From positions 3,562 to 67,561 of the forward strand of contig DATEOC010000092.1 in assembly GCA_035274425.1 (NCBI GenBank): DNA of 64,000 nucleotides. Reading direction: 5' to 3'. Below are positions 10,411 through 22,300 of this stretch, piece after piece. The stretch comes from Chloroflexia bacterium (GTDB taxonomy: Bacteria > Chloroflexota > Chloroflexia > QHBQ01 > JADMIH01). The translations under genes and the position numbers were made by a program. How positions within the stretch are numbered: the first letter of the stretch is position 1; each line of letters opens with the position of its first letter. The notes under the pieces are model-generated. The model had not been told where the DNA came from, made no database searches, and worked only from the letters and a program-made list of their open reading frames with translations.

Positions 10411-12453
10411 TCATATCCGATCAACGTCCCAGAGCCAAGTGTTGCCCTGACTTCTGAAACTTCCTTTGTTCTCAGTGTTCACAGTACCGCCGAAGTTGTA
10501 GACCGCATGGTCGTGGTAGTCATATGTGTATGTAGTAATGACCTCTGATCCACTGCGCATGTCGACGATGCTGCTATTGTTGATGGTCGCAGTACCCAGA
10601 TACACATTGACCCCAACGCCTAATCCTGAGGCAACTGTACTATTGCGAATCATTAGAGATCCCCCATCCACGTACAAACTGGACCAGGTTTGGGAATAAT
10701 TGAGGGAACCACTAACTGCTGGATCTGAGTGCGGGATACTAGATGTCTGCCCTGCATACGTGACCACAGCGTTCTCCAGTAGATTACCCGTGCTGGTCGA
10801 AGCGAAGTACATACCTGACCAGTCCCCCGCAGCAGGCAAACTCATGCTGCTGTCATTATTGGTATCACCACCATGGGTATCGTCCTTCAGTGAGGTGAAG
10901 ATAATCTGATTAGATGCCGTGCCTTGCGCCAGCAAGGTGCCTTGCACATTCAATCGGGCAGGGGCTGAGAAGTGGGCCGTCGGGGCGAACTTCAGAATCT
11001 GGCCCGGCATCAAGGCGAGGGTTGTGCCCTTGTTTACTGTGACCCCATTCAGTATGTAGGGGATGTTGCTGTAAGGCCAGGTGGTATCTGCGGATATAGT
11101 TGCGTCTACGGCTATCCCGTTGATCCCATTGCCTGTGGCAAAGTTGTTTCCGCTGGCCGAAGAGAGTGAGTGTCCCGTCAGTTGTATTGCAGCGCCAGCG
11201 TTGCTGGTAAAAGTGTTGTTGGTGATAGTAGGGGGCTGTTCGTTTCTCACGGATACACCTGTAGCAGCGTTGCTGATGACCCTGCTTCCGGTGATGGAGA
11301 AAGCAGCAGTCGGGGCATCATCATTGTACGCAAATACTCCATGACCGTTGTAGCTAAAGGTAGCCGTACCGACCACTTCCGTGCCGGAGAGCATGTTGGA
11401 GATGGTGCTGTCAGTGATTGAGGCCGAGCCTTTGTATATGTTTACACCCACGCCCCGACCATCAGAGATAACGCTATTGGAGATGGTGATCGAAGATTCA
11501 TCTACGTACAAGCTCGACCAAGTGCGGTCGAGGCTGACATTGGTTCCACTAGCTGCGTAATCCAAGTGAGGCAAACTGGCGACCTGCCCAGCATAAGTCA
11601 CGATTACATGGTCGAGTGTGTTTCCGCTGCTGGTCGGGGCGAAGTAGATGCCTAACCAATCTCCAGCCGCAGGTGTAGATTGTCTTGATGTAAAGATCAC
11701 TTTGTTATTTGGTGAACCTTCCGTACGTAACGTACCGTTCACAATTAGCCCAGCATTGGATTCGAACTTCATCATTACCCCTGATCCGATAGTCAATGTC
11801 ACCCCGCTACTTACAGTCAAGTTGCAGGACACGACATATGGGCTCTCTGATAACGTGAGAGTGGTATTCTGTGCGATGGATCCGCAAAGCACTATCGACG
11901 TTACGGGCGTCGGGGGTGTAACCCGGACTACCGGCCCGGGGCAGTCTAGATCTGGTGGAGGGTTTGGTCCACTGCATGTATCGGACAATGGATATCCGAT
12001 GACAGCCTGAGTGGGCATCTCCGCAGGCGAGTGAGTAGCTAGCAGGGTGAATAGGAGCATAACGTAGCACAGGAAGCTGCCCAGTATCACCCGAAGTATG
12101 ACCAAGCCTGCCATAGGTCTCTTCTGGCGATGTGTAGGAACGCTGGAGGGATCCCTTGAATATGGCTGCTTCCACAACTGCCTGCTCGTTGAAAGAAACG
12201 TCGGCACAACCTGTGCCCTCAAGGTTGTTCGTTGTGTCGGGACGTTAGCGGCTATACTAGCGGCAACTCTTGCATCCAACCGAGCCATAATCTCTTCACT
12301 TGGCTCCGGCCAATAACCAAATCGGTGCTCTTGCACATAGTCTGCGACTTTCGCGAGACTGTGGTCCAAGCCTGGCGGCAATGGATGTTCTCCGCGCTTC
12401 AAGGCTTCACAATAGGTGTCGAGCAGGTCTGCTTCTTTGTTGTGGAACATCAT
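10411..12453 (-). CDS. Anti-sigma-factor-like membrane protein with a cytoplasmic N-domain, one TM helix and a large extracytoplasmic right-handed beta-helix domain.
   Basis: 680-aa ORF starting 1 nt after the stop of the ECF sigma gene. A hydrophobic segment 'LVILRVILGSFLCYVMLLFTLLA' follows about 110 aa in. It is followed by repeated G/S/T/N-rich beta-helix turns (NSVISDGRGVGVNIYKGSASITDSTISN...). Confidence 0.65.
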   Translation of the reverse strand: MMFHNKEADLLDTYCEALKRGEHPLPPGLDHSLAKVADYVQEHRFGYWPEPSEEIMARLDARVAASIAANVPTQRTTLRAQVVPTFLSTSRQLWKQPYSRDPSSVPTHRQKRPMAGLVILRVILGSFLCYVMLLFTLLATHSPAEMPTQAVIGYPLSDTCSGPNPPPDLDCPGPVVRVTPPTPVTSIVLCGSIAQNTTLTLSESPYVVSCNLTVSSGVTLTIGSGVMMKFESNAGLIVNGTLRTEGSPNNKVIFTSRQSTPAAGDWLGIYFAPTSSGNTLDHVIVTYAGQVASLPHLDYAASGTNVSLDRTWSSLYVDESSITISNSVISDGRGVGVNIYKGSASITDSTISNMLSGTEVVGTATFSYNGHGVFAYNDDAPTAAFSITGSRVISNAATGVSVRNEQPPTITNNTFTSNAGAAIQLTGHSLSSASGNNFATGNGINGIAVDATISADTTWPYSNIPYILNGVTVNKGTTLALMPGQILKFAPTAHFSAPARLNVQGTLLAQGTASNQIIFTSLKDDTHGGDTNNDSSMSLPAAGDWSGMYFASTSTGNLLENAVVTYAGQTSSIPHSDPAVSGSLNYSQTWSSLYVDGGSLMIRNSTVASGLGVGVNVYLGTATINNSSIVDMRSGSEVITTYTYDYHDHAVYNFGGTVNTENKGSFRSQGNTWLWDVDRI

Positions 12454-12454
12454 T

Positions 12455-13036
12455 CTATACCTCGATATCCAGCCACGTTCGTAGTTTTCCGTATGCCCGG
12501 TGGCGTCGGCTCGACACTGCCCGGGGATCTATCCCTAAGATATCGGCGATTTCCCCTCGAGTAAAACCCCGCCAGATTAGCAACATCACGGTACGCTCCT
12601 GAAAAGGGAGCCGGGCTATTAGCCGTGCGAGCTCAACTCGTCTTTCGTCAATTAATGCCTCATCCTCGGGACCTGGCTCGTTCGAGGCCATATTCTCTGC
12701 TACTTCATCGTCTAAGTAGCCTACATCTGTATGGCGACGCTTTCGAAGCTGACTGATACATGCCTGAGTCGCCAATCGATACATGAGCCCCTTATCAGGA
12801 AAATGTGTCCATTGGCCAGAGAACACCTTTATGAACGCGTCGTGTGTGACTTCCTCTGCTTCTCCCCAGTTCCCCATCATGCAGTAGCAGAACTTCATAA
12901 GTTGCGCACCATAAAGGTTATATATGAGATGAAACTCAGCCTCATTTAGACGTGTGGGCGCAGCCTCACCCTCTCGCTTGGCTCGTTCGGTGAACCTGCG
13001 GAAGATATCGCTGAATTCTAACGAGTCAAACCCCAA
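12455..13036 (-). CDS. ECF-family RNA polymerase sigma-70 factor.
   Basis: 193 aa. Region 2 reads 'THDAFIKVFSG...LYRLATQACISQLRKRR'. Region 4 HTH reads 'LPFQERTVMLLIWRGFTRGEIADILGIDPRAVSSRRHRAYGKLR'. Confidence 0.85.
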   Translation of the reverse strand: MGFDSLEFSDIFRRFTERAKREGEAAPTRLNEAEFHLIYNLYGAQLMKFCYCMMGNWGEAEEVTHDAFIKVFSGQWTHFPDKGLMYRLATQACISQLRKRRHTDVGYLDDEVAENMASNEPGPEDEALIDERRVELARLIARLPFQERTVMLLIWRGFTRGEIADILGIDPRAVSSRRHRAYGKLRTWLDIEV

Positions 13037-13321
13037 CTACATCCCATATCCGCCCGATGGTCCTTGGTGGGCGAGCCTGCAACTTACTGCTTCCTACGAC
13101 CTACTTCTATATACGTCCGTCGCAAGAAACGGTCACGTGGGAAGAACTGTTCAACACGATCTTGCCATCTACTTAATTATCACGCGAAATGATGACAAAT
13201 GTTACTGCCAAAACAGCACCATCTTGGAGCAGTTTTATGCTAATGACCCTCTTTATGGATGAAAAAAGCGAGCCTGGCGCGTGGATGTCAGTAAGAGGGT
13301 CGCACAACACGAGGGAGGGAG

Positions 13322-13774
13322 ATGGCAATGGAAGAAGAGTCGTTTCTAGCGTTTTTGGGGGCGGGCATTATGCTCGGGGCGGTACTGGTGCTCTTCTACC
13401 ACACTGATCGACCCGACAGGAAGGGAAAAAGGACGCTGGCCTTTGGAGTTCTATTGCTGGGTGAGCTAATTCTGTTTCCATGGGGGTCACCGGTAGAGTG
13501 GCTTAGGGTAGCTGTTATTGCGAGCGTGAACTACGTACTTGGGGCTGATCGCCGGGTTCTAGATGGGGTAATTGAGACAATAACAGACCTATTCCGGAGA
13601 CCACCTACATCTGGTGGCGCGAGTAGTGCCAGCGGCTCGCTCGCTCCTGAACAGGTCGCAGTCGAGGAGTTACCAGTGGAAGAAAAGGCCAGTATTGATG
13701 CTGCATTCCAAAAGACTAACTTTGCACTCTTAGAAATTGTGCGACGTATGATTTGGCCAGACCTCCCTGTGTGA
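13322..13774 (+). CDS. Hypothetical small membrane protein with two predicted TM helices, divergent from the ECF sigma gene.
   Basis: 150-aa ORF with hydrophobic stretches 'FLGAGIMLGAVLVLFY' and 'LAFGVLLLGELILFPW'. No known domain. Confidence 0.35.
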   Translation: MAMEEESFLAFLGAGIMLGAVLVLFYHTDRPDRKGKRTLAFGVLLLGELILFPWGSPVEWLRVAVIASVNYVLGADRRVLDGVIETITDLFRRPPTSGGASSASGSLAPEQVAVEELPVEEKASIDAAFQKTNFALLEIVRRMIWPDLPV

Positions 13775-14690
13775 ATCTGTGGATCTGACCTGCTGAGATT
13801 GATCGTAATATCTCAAATGGAGCGTGTGGCTGAATGCATAAACGGCGGCTGTCACGCCGCTCGCGCTTCTGTTCCTATCTGTCATAGCCCTCGTGCCTGT
13901 CTTGGCTACCTCAGCTTTCACACATATCGTATCCATAACCAGCATAGCCCATCGATAAGACTCTGGTGCCCCGAACCTCTACGATATGCGCAAGGCACAC
14001 TCCCCTACAGTCTTGCTTCGCCTGGATACCTTCCCAGGTGAGCGCTCTCTGGTATGAACTTCCGATACTACGTTTGTTACCTTGCAGGACGGCGCCCGCG
14101 AAACTCTATCTAATACAGCTCAAACCGTGCGACGACATCCTCTTACGCCTCATGGGCGATACCGTGCTGCCGCTCTTCACCGGTTAGCACCGAGCGTGAA
14201 GCAGGCTTACATCCGGCCGCGTCTCGCAGCTCGCGATACGACGCGTCTGCCGCCGCCCGGCTCCTGAATCCCCCAGCCACGATCTGCCCTCGCTCAAAGA
14301 TGTAGAAGAGGCCTTGCCGCGGCGTCCGTCGGTTATTGCGCTCAACGTAGAGGTCGATGCAAGGGATGCCCCGACGATAGTAGCCGCTCACTGCTGCCCA
14401 CGCCTCCCCGTCCCTATCCCCACCCATATCCGCCTACGTGGAGATCTGCGAAGGCCTAGCCAGAGGGGTCAGCGCCGACGACTCCTCAGTCGAGTGATCA
14501 ACCTTGGCACATCGACTAATACTTGCCTCAGCACTATCAGTACTGGCGTCGGCTCTTTGCTCGTAGCCGACTTGAAGTCTATTGGGCAACCGCAGCCGTC
14601 CTTTCTGCGCAGGAGAGTGTACGTGATATACTGTTTCGGAAGCGGAACGAACAGGACGGCTACCAGGTGCCGCTAGAATGCTGAGGACAA

Positions 14691-17600
14691 ATGGCTCGTC
14701 GCGAACAATTGATCACGGGCATTATGGCAGTTGCGATTACAGCTGTCGGCGCAATTTCCTTGAATCCAGTTATAGCCGCAATCTGCCTGAATATTGGTAG
14801 CGGCTTGGCTACGACGCTGCTTCAAGAGCATATCAATGAGGTGTTCCCCCGAGTCTATACGCTATGGCTTAGGGACCCTGATATTCAGCGGGCTCTCAAA
14901 CGTGCATTCTCAAATGCCCTGAAACAGATAGAGAAGGACTGCATATCGCGCTTCTGCCGAAGTAATATAGACCCCAACAAGATTGTGATCCAGGCTGCGT
15001 TCAAGGACCTACGAAACCATGTGGATATCTTCCTACAGCAGACGACGGCACATGCGGCTCAGGAGTTGGTTGGTCAAGGGGGTGCATCAGACCGAGGCAG
15101 CCTCAAAGCTAAGCTTGACGCCTATCTTGATGAGTATCTTACCGGGCACGACGACGACCTGAAGAGGTTTGTGAGAGAGCGCCTAGTAGACCGGTTCACT
15201 CAAGCGTTTGTGAACGAACTGAAGAACGATGACAGAGCATGGCGTGCCACGCAGCTCCAAGCTCAGAAGGGTCTCCATGCTCAATTGGCCGATTTGAATA
15301 CGTCGTCCGGTCAAGAACTCCCCTTGCTGAGAGAACTGGTCGAGTGGAAGCGGAAGCTGGATAGCACTCCACCGGCGGAGCGTGATCCTCTGGGTCAGGA
15401 CACCCTCAATACGCTGGAAGACAAGCTGAAACAAGCCCTTGCAGAGCAGACCGACGTTCTCACGGAGACCATTCGTAACGCTGCAGACCAAACGGTCGCT
15501 CGTGTGGGCGAACTCCTTCAGCCGGGTTCGGGCACCTCACCTCAGCTTCTGGAGGGTTATCTTCGCGCTCATCGGACCTACTGCGATAACCTACCGTATG
15601 TTGGGCTGAGTTACAGTCTATCAGGCGCGGGTACCCAATCCATTGACGAACTCTATGTTCCGTTGAGCGTGCGCGGGCTCCACCGCCGCCAGCCAGCGAA
15701 CGATGACTCAGAGGCATCAGATCCTACCTCTCCTACCTCGCTTTACACCGATATCAGCGTGCCACAGGCCATCAGGAGCCTTGTAGGCAATATAGCACTG
15801 CCCCATCTGTTCATCACTGGCGATGCTGGAGCCGGTAAGTCGACCCTGCTTCGGTACGTCGCCAAACGGGTATGGGATGCTCCCGCAGAAGTTGGGTTCG
15901 ACAAACCGTACCTTCCCATGGTACTTCGTGCTAGATGGCTCGGCGCCGTGGAGGGCTTGCAGATAGAGGACAGATTGCGAGCGGCGCTAGACCGGGCAGG
16001 GGAGATAGCCCAGCTTGAGCCAATCCCGCAGGGGTTCTTTGCTGAATGGCCCAAGCAAGCAGATACCCGTTGGGTGCTCTTTCTCGATGGCCTGGATGAG
16101 GTTCCTGATCCTGCCAGGCATAGGTTCCTCCGATGGCTGAACTCACTAATAGACGTAGCTAAGGAGTCGATTGCGCACATTGTCATGACTTCAAGGCCAT
16201 CGACCAATCTGAGTGCAGAGCTAGAAGCCCGCTTTCAGCATTGTAAGGTCTTACCTTTCACGGCTCTTCAAGAGACAGACCTGGCTCGTAAGCTATTGGG
16301 AGACCAGTACCATGAATTCGTCACCCAGCTCGACAGACTAGAAATCACGAGCCAGGAGCCGAGAACAATAGGTAGCACCAGGCCGCTCATCAACGGCGCG
16401 CCTCTCCTTATCACAGTTGCAGCGAACGTCTATAGCAAGAGTGGTCAGCTCCCGATACGCCGCACGGAACTCTACCGTCAGTTTATCGATACCTGGCTGT
16501 CCGAGGCACGCGAGCACGGTTTAGCAACTGAGATCGAGGAGTCACTCGTTAGGCTATCCAGCAAGATACTTGAACGCTTGGCTTTCTCCACGTCGGATCA
16601 GCCCCAGTTTGACACCGTCCTGACGCTGTCGCCCATAGTCGCCGCCTACCTGAGACAAACGCTAAACTTATCTGAAGATCTGGCGGAGGTTACTGCCGAA
16701 CAAGTGATCCAGGTGCTGGGTAGGCGGAGCGGCGTTCTCTTCTGCAAGGATGGCATATGCGAATGGATACATCCTACGTTTCGCGAGTACCTGGCAGCGC
16801 GCGTGCTGCACAAGCAGCTAAACGAGTCCCATTCAGATTACGAGCGGATACTGGATGGTCGGCCATTCACGAGCCAATGGGACGGCGCAGTAGAAATGCT
16901 CAGGGAGCTCCTGGCTGAACCCCAGGAGCTCGATAGCTGGCTGCAGTCTCAAAGATTAGCAGTTATCGCCGATGGTAAGCAGCGCATCGAGCGTAGGCAA
17001 AGATGTCTCAGGACGATAGGCATCAATGGCTACAAGGATGCGAGTATAGTTTCGGCTCTGCAACGATGCTTCGAGACCATACCCCCCGCAGACATAGAAC
17101 TCCTCAGCAACGCACTTTGGGCAGCCCTTCGGCTTCGAGAGCTCCAGTACGGCGAGCATGCCGCCGTTGCGCTTGCTTCTGATGATTGGGAAACGGTAGA
17201 TCGCGCGGCCTCATACCTGAGCCACTCGCCTTCGCCCGGCGCCCTATCTACCTTGCGCGCTGCTCTACATAGGTGGCAGTTCGTAGAGGAAGAGGACAGC
17301 CGTACTCTCTTCTTATTGCCGAGTTTGCTTACGGCACTGGCCAAGCTCAATTTGGCGGAGGCGCATGAGATCATCATCCACTCCTTAGAGACCGCGCTAA
17401 GAGGAAGTGGAAACCTGTCTGAAGTAGAGGCATTGTGGGCAGCCGACTATCTTAACCTGGCTGCGGCGCACGGCTTAGTGCTGGAGACGCTTCTCCTTAG
17501 CTTGGAGGATGGAGGACTATCTGATGGTAAGGTGTTTCAGGCTCTAACCAGAATAGAGAGGACATGGCGGCCGGAGCTCTTGCGAGCCCTCGTTGATGCG

Positions 17601-19283
17601 AGGCGGCGTCTGGACAGCAAGGGAAGAAGCGTCGCTCAACGGTTAGTAGAGCCCCTTGTGGAGAAGCTTGCGCCAGCCAAACTCGAGATTCGAATGGATG
17701 CCCATAATCAGATTCCAATACTATATACGCTGGCTGTCTGCCAGGCACCCGATTTTGTTCCGCAGTTGGGGCGGCTCCTGCACAATAACGTCGATTGGAT
17801 GAAGAGAAAAATAGCGGAGGCATTCTGGGTGTTGGGAGACCCTGGCGCTGAGGCGTTTCTCCTGGATGAAGTGGAGGAGGCTAGCAAAAGGAATTGGGAA
17901 GGTACCCGCGACACTATTCATGACATCATTCGTGCTTTGGGCACCTGCGCCACTTCCACGAGCGCAGAGGCTATCATGCGCTATCTCTATTCGTCTCCCG
18001 AAATAGAGCTCCATATTCCCGAAGAGGCAATTGTGCCTCTACTCACTCGGGGTGTCCTTGACGCGAACCGCCTACAGCAACTTGTGAGGGATAACACTGC
18101 TTCCGAGGAGGGCCGCAATGCGGCTCTCATAGCAATCGGGTACTTTTCCCCGAAGGAGCAGGCGCAGCTCTGCCGAGAAATCCTGGCCAAGCATGACCGT
18201 TCGGATGTGTTCCATTTCGCGCTCACGGTGGCTGGCTGGACGAGAGATAGAAGTCTCGGCGACGTACTGCATCACGCATTGAGAACTACTACCGACAGCC
18301 GTGACGCCGAGCGCGCTGCCAGAAGCTTGGCGCTCATCAACTACCAGCCTGCTGTTCATGATATCGAACGCGCATTGGGCAAGTTCACCGATAGCAGGGA
18401 CGTAAGAGGATTCGCCTTTGCGCTGTCTCGCTTCAAGAGGAAGTCGTCGCTACCCGTTTTATTGGATGTTCTTGCCAGGAACAGATGGGATCGCGAAACG
18501 GCTTTGCTCGAAGCGCTGGGCGTGTACTGGCCGCAACAGCAGGTCCGAGAAACCTACGCACAGACGCTAAATTCGCCGTCAGCGGCCGGTGTCGTCTTCG
18601 CGCTTTCAACTCGTGACCCCAATTTCCTTTTGCGACGTTCGCTAGATACACTGGAGAACCGTCCGGATGAGGCAGATGTTGATCTAAGGAAAGCTCTTGC
18701 CGTCCACATTGTTAAAATTGCAAAGCATCACGACACCGACGTTGCGATGCTTGTCGAGCTTTTGGCCTGGCTAATCTGCGACCGCGAACTGGACGTCCGC
18801 GAGAAGATGAACCTGCAACTCAGGCGGTTAGCTCCGGAGTTGCTCAACCTCATTTATGCATGGCTCCATGCCAACACCGATGAGTGGACAAGGGCTTGCA
18901 TAGGTTACAGCCTGGGCTTCTGGGATGCTCAACCAGACCGCATGAGCCCCTTCTTGGGTGATGGCAGCCCCCTTGTTCGCAAACTTGCCGAAGAGGCCAC
19001 GCTCATGCGTGAAAAACACACAGCCCTTCGGGGGCTTGTGAAGCAGTTCAACTCTGTAAGGAAAATGCCCAGACTCTCCTCGTACTTGTGCCTCAAGGCG
19101 CACGCAGATATGCGTACTGTACGCGAGTTGGCGGAGACGCGCTCAAGCGTGCCGTTTCTTGACTTGTACGTTGCGCAGCTTTTGGAGGACGTGCAAGACC
19201 GTCTTAAGAAGGAGCGCAAGGAAAGAGAGGAGAACGAAAGCAAATTGATGCCTGGAAATCACCAAGCTTTGGATGACGCTTAG
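14691..19283 (+). CDS. bNACHT-type STAND NTPase (1530 aa) with a hydrophobic N-terminal segment and C-terminal HEAT/PBS-lyase-like repeats.
   Basis: Walker A 'FITGDAGAGKSTLLRYVA' and Walker B 'VLFLDGLDEV' are NACHT-like. The first ~45 aa are strongly hydrophobic (LITGIMAVAITAVGAISLNPVIAAICLNIGSGLATTLL). The C-terminal 600 aa carry repeated helical HEAT-like units. Confidence 0.8.
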   Translation: MARREQLITGIMAVAITAVGAISLNPVIAAICLNIGSGLATTLLQEHINEVFPRVYTLWLRDPDIQRALKRAFSNALKQIEKDCISRFCRSNIDPNKIVIQAAFKDLRNHVDIFLQQTTAHAAQELVGQGGASDRGSLKAKLDAYLDEYLTGHDDDLKRFVRERLVDRFTQAFVNELKNDDRAWRATQLQAQKGLHAQLADLNTSSGQELPLLRELVEWKRKLDSTPPAERDPLGQDTLNTLEDKLKQALAEQTDVLTETIRNAADQTVARVGELLQPGSGTSPQLLEGYLRAHRTYCDNLPYVGLSYSLSGAGTQSIDELYVPLSVRGLHRRQPANDDSEASDPTSPTSLYTDISVPQAIRSLVGNIALPHLFITGDAGAGKSTLLRYVAKRVWDAPAEVGFDKPYLPMVLRARWLGAVEGLQIEDRLRAALDRAGEIAQLEPIPQGFFAEWPKQADTRWVLFLDGLDEVPDPARHRFLRWLNSLIDVAKESIAHIVMTSRPSTNLSAELEARFQHCKVLPFTALQETDLARKLLGDQYHEFVTQLDRLEITSQEPRTIGSTRPLINGAPLLITVAANVYSKSGQLPIRRTELYRQFIDTWLSEAREHGLATEIEESLVRLSSKILERLAFSTSDQPQFDTVLTLSPIVAAYLRQTLNLSEDLAEVTAEQVIQVLGRRSGVLFCKDGICEWIHPTFREYLAARVLHKQLNESHSDYERILDGRPFTSQWDGAVEMLRELLAEPQELDSWLQSQRLAVIADGKQRIERRQRCLRTIGINGYKDASIVSALQRCFETIPPADIELLSNALWAALRLRELQYGEHAAVALASDDWETVDRAASYLSHSPSPGALSTLRAALHRWQFVEEEDSRTLFLLPSLLTALAKLNLAEAHEIIIHSLETALRGSGNLSEVEALWAADYLNLAAAHGLVLETLLLSLEDGGLSDGKVFQALTRIERTWRPELLRALVDARRRLDSKGRSVAQRLVEPLVEKLAPAKLEIRMDAHNQIPILYTLAVCQAPDFVPQLGRLLHNNVDWMKRKIAEAFWVLGDPGAEAFLLDEVEEASKRNWEGTRDTIHDIIRALGTCATSTSAEAIMRYLYSSPEIELHIPEEAIVPLLTRGVLDANRLQQLVRDNTASEEGRNAALIAIGYFSPKEQAQLCREILAKHDRSDVFHFALTVAGWTRDRSLGDVLHHALRTTTDSRDAERAARSLALINYQPAVHDIERALGKFTDSRDVRGFAFALSRFKRKSSLPVLLDVLARNRWDRETALLEALGVYWPQQQVRETYAQTLNSPSAAGVVFALSTRDPNFLLRRSLDTLENRPDEADVDLRKALAVHIVKIAKHHDTDVAMLVELLAWLICDRELDVREKMNLQLRRLAPELLNLIYAWLHANTDEWTRACIGYSLGFWDAQPDRMSPFLGDGSPLVRKLAEEATLMREKHTALRGLVKQFNSVRKMPRLSSYLCLKAHADMRTVRELAETRSSVPFLDLYVAQLLEDVQDRLKKERKEREENESKLMPGNHQALDDA

Positions 19284-19388
19284 CCCATACGAGGGCAAGA
19301 AGGTGGTGATCCTTTATCTTCTACAACCCTGTAAGGCGACTGATAGGAGGAAACCGTCGGTCACCCAGTTCCTTGAATTCGCTACATC

Positions 19389-22300
19389 ATGCTGCAACAA
19401 CAATTCGTAACTGAACGTGATCGAGACGCCTGGGCTACAATAGCGGGATTTGTATACCAGGTGGACCTCACCATCCTTCGGTGGCTCGAACTCGGTGACG
19501 GCCAGTATCTAGAGCTTGAGTGCGGCGAGGATATCGACCTAATCACGGCGGATCTGCATGGCGGTGCTCATTCAGGCCAGTTAGGACAGCGCCTACTGGA
19601 GCAGGTGAAGCGTTATCAAAGTCCAATCAGCCTTCGGTCGCGGGTAGCGCTTGAAGCGCTCGCTTCTGCTGTTGAGCACCTGGCGAATAACCCTGGCTTG
19701 GACTTGGCATTCCAGTTTACCACCACAGCCGCCATCAGTCGAGAACAACCCTCTCCCCTGCCAGACCGCATTCCGGCCATAACGGCGTGGCATGAAGTGC
19801 GAGCAGGAACACTCACCTCAGACCTTCAAGGACGCATACTGCAAGGAATCCGCGCCATCTTAACTGGTGCTTCCCGTCCGGCCAACCTGAACGAAAATAC
19901 CTGGCAGCGGTTCAAAACCTTTGCAGCTGAGGCATCTCAGGAGGACTTGCTTAGTTTCGTCAAGCGCTTCGAGTGGAGCACAGGTGCCGCAGACCCGGAA
20001 GAGGTCATGCTGCAGGTTCGGGCAGTGCTAATCGAACGAGGTGCAGCAAAGGACACAACTGAAGCTTGGTCCCTATATCAGAGACTTTTCCATCACGTGT
20101 TCAGGGTATTGACCAGCCCAGACCTAAAGCGCCTCAGCTCCGCTGATCTATCAGAGCAGCTCACGCAACGCACGTTGACTGCCGATGAGCTTGCACTGGT
20201 GGAGGGCGTTCACTCAATACTCGCGGACCTAACGAGCCGCGTCCAGAGCTTGGAGCGGGTTCAGGAGGAACAGGTCCGTAGTATCGAGGCCATTCAGAGT
20301 CAAGTCGCTGGCCTCGCTGAGAGATACGGCATCTATCCTGCCCAAGTTCGGCAGTTACCCAGGTCATTTAGAGAGCTACCCCCCATCCCGCCTGCTGTCA
20401 GTCGGAGGAGCAAAACAGTTGCTAACCTGCTTGACACGATTCAGCAGTTCACATGGACTGCGCTGCATGGAAGCATCGGGTCGGGCAAGACCCTATTGGC
20501 AGCGTTATCGGCATACGAGCGGGGCCAGTGGGAAGCGTGGATAAAGCTGTCGACCAACCAGCTGGAGCAAGCAAGTATTGACTTGGACGAGGTTTGCTAT
20601 GAGTTGATAGGTGACTTTTCACCGGGGCCGTGGCAAGACCTATACCGTAAAGCCTGCACAGAGGTGGGCACCGGGAAACTGGTTATCATCCATGACCTGC
20701 CAAGACTCAACGGCAATGACCCTCTTACGGAACGGCTTGTGCTACTCACATTGACTGCAGCCAAAGCTGGACTAAAGCTCCTCACAACAAGCCCTTTTAG
20801 ACCGCCTAATCGCGTGAGAACAGCTCTCAGAGGGACCACCTTAAGAATTGTTGCGGTACCCGCATTCACTGACGAAGAGGTACTGGAAGTTCTTGAGCGA
20901 CACGGGGCGCCGCGAGAAGTCCTCAACGACAAGTTCATCTCCGCTATGTCAAGCCTGACTGACAGACACCCTCAGCGACTGGCGTCCCTCGCCCAGTACC
21001 TTGAGCAACGGCGATGGCAGATTACCGACGAGGTGGTAGAAGGGCTGCTCCGCAGCGAGTATAGCCAAGAGCTCGACAGAGAAACGACACACGCACTGAT
21101 TTCCAAGATAGATGATGTTGACAGCCGCGAGTTGCTTTACCGTCTCGGACTGAGTAAGCGTTCCTTTTCACTCGAAGACGTCAGGGCTATAGCCAGCTTG
21201 GAGCGAGTGATAGATAGGCCCACTGAACGCTTGGATGCTCTCGTCGGTGTGTGGGTACAGCCTGAAACGGATGTCCTTATGTCCGTATCGCCCTTGATTA
21301 CTGCGCTCGATGGCCGGGACTTAACTGCTAATACATACAGGGCGTGTCATAAAACGTTTGGTCGGCGAATAATGGCGAAAGGCACCATTACAGCGTCTCA
21401 GCTTATTGATGCTCTAACTCACTTCAACGAGGCTCAGGAATACGATCAGGCCGCCCTGACTCTAAGCGTAGGCCTTACCGAATTGAGCAGGTTGGAGCCT
21501 ACTGCTCCTGATGCAGGGCTATCAGCTGTGTGGGCGAATACCCCACTCCCTGAGCAGATGAACCTTGGGTTGCGCATCTACGCCCGGCTGCGACAGATAC
21601 TCGCCAGAACACAGAGGGGACTGCAGACCGCGCACGCCGTCCGTGACCTGGACGCCCTTATCGACCGGGCTGGTGAAGAGGAGATATGGGCTCTCTCTGC
21701 AGTAATGGGATTGACCCCAATTGCGGAAACCAGCCCCATTCCGGCAGCTAACCTATACAAGTATCTTCTACGTGTTGTCAGGCACTTTGATACTGCCATG
21801 CTACCAAACGGCACGCCGTTACGTGATGTGGTTCCGATCCGACCCGAACTGATCATCTGGTGGCATGTCGTAAACATAAGAACGGTTGATGACATGTTTG
21901 CTTGGCTGAACACGTTCGAGCACTTTAGCGACGAGGAGCGAGGGCGTGTATTGGCAGATGACTTGGCCGTAGAGGGTTGCCTATGGGTGGCGAGCCGGGT
22001 TTGGCTGACGGAATGCGAAAAGCCAGCAGAAAAGCAGGAGTGGGCGCCAATACTTGCTGCACTTAAGGAACTAGAGCAGCGAGCGCGTGGGCTTGGCGTA
22101 GAGTTATTGTGGGCTTCGGCAGTTCACTCGCAGATTATCATACTTGCGGAGAGTTGTCACGACCTCCCAGCCGCGAAGAAACAAGCCGAAGAGGCGTTAG
22201 CTGAAGCTTCAGTAGACCCGCGAGTTCAGTTTCTGATCAGAGAAGCTATTGGCAAGCAAGGTACCTTGCCGGAGGCAGAAGCCATAGAATGGCTGCGGTC

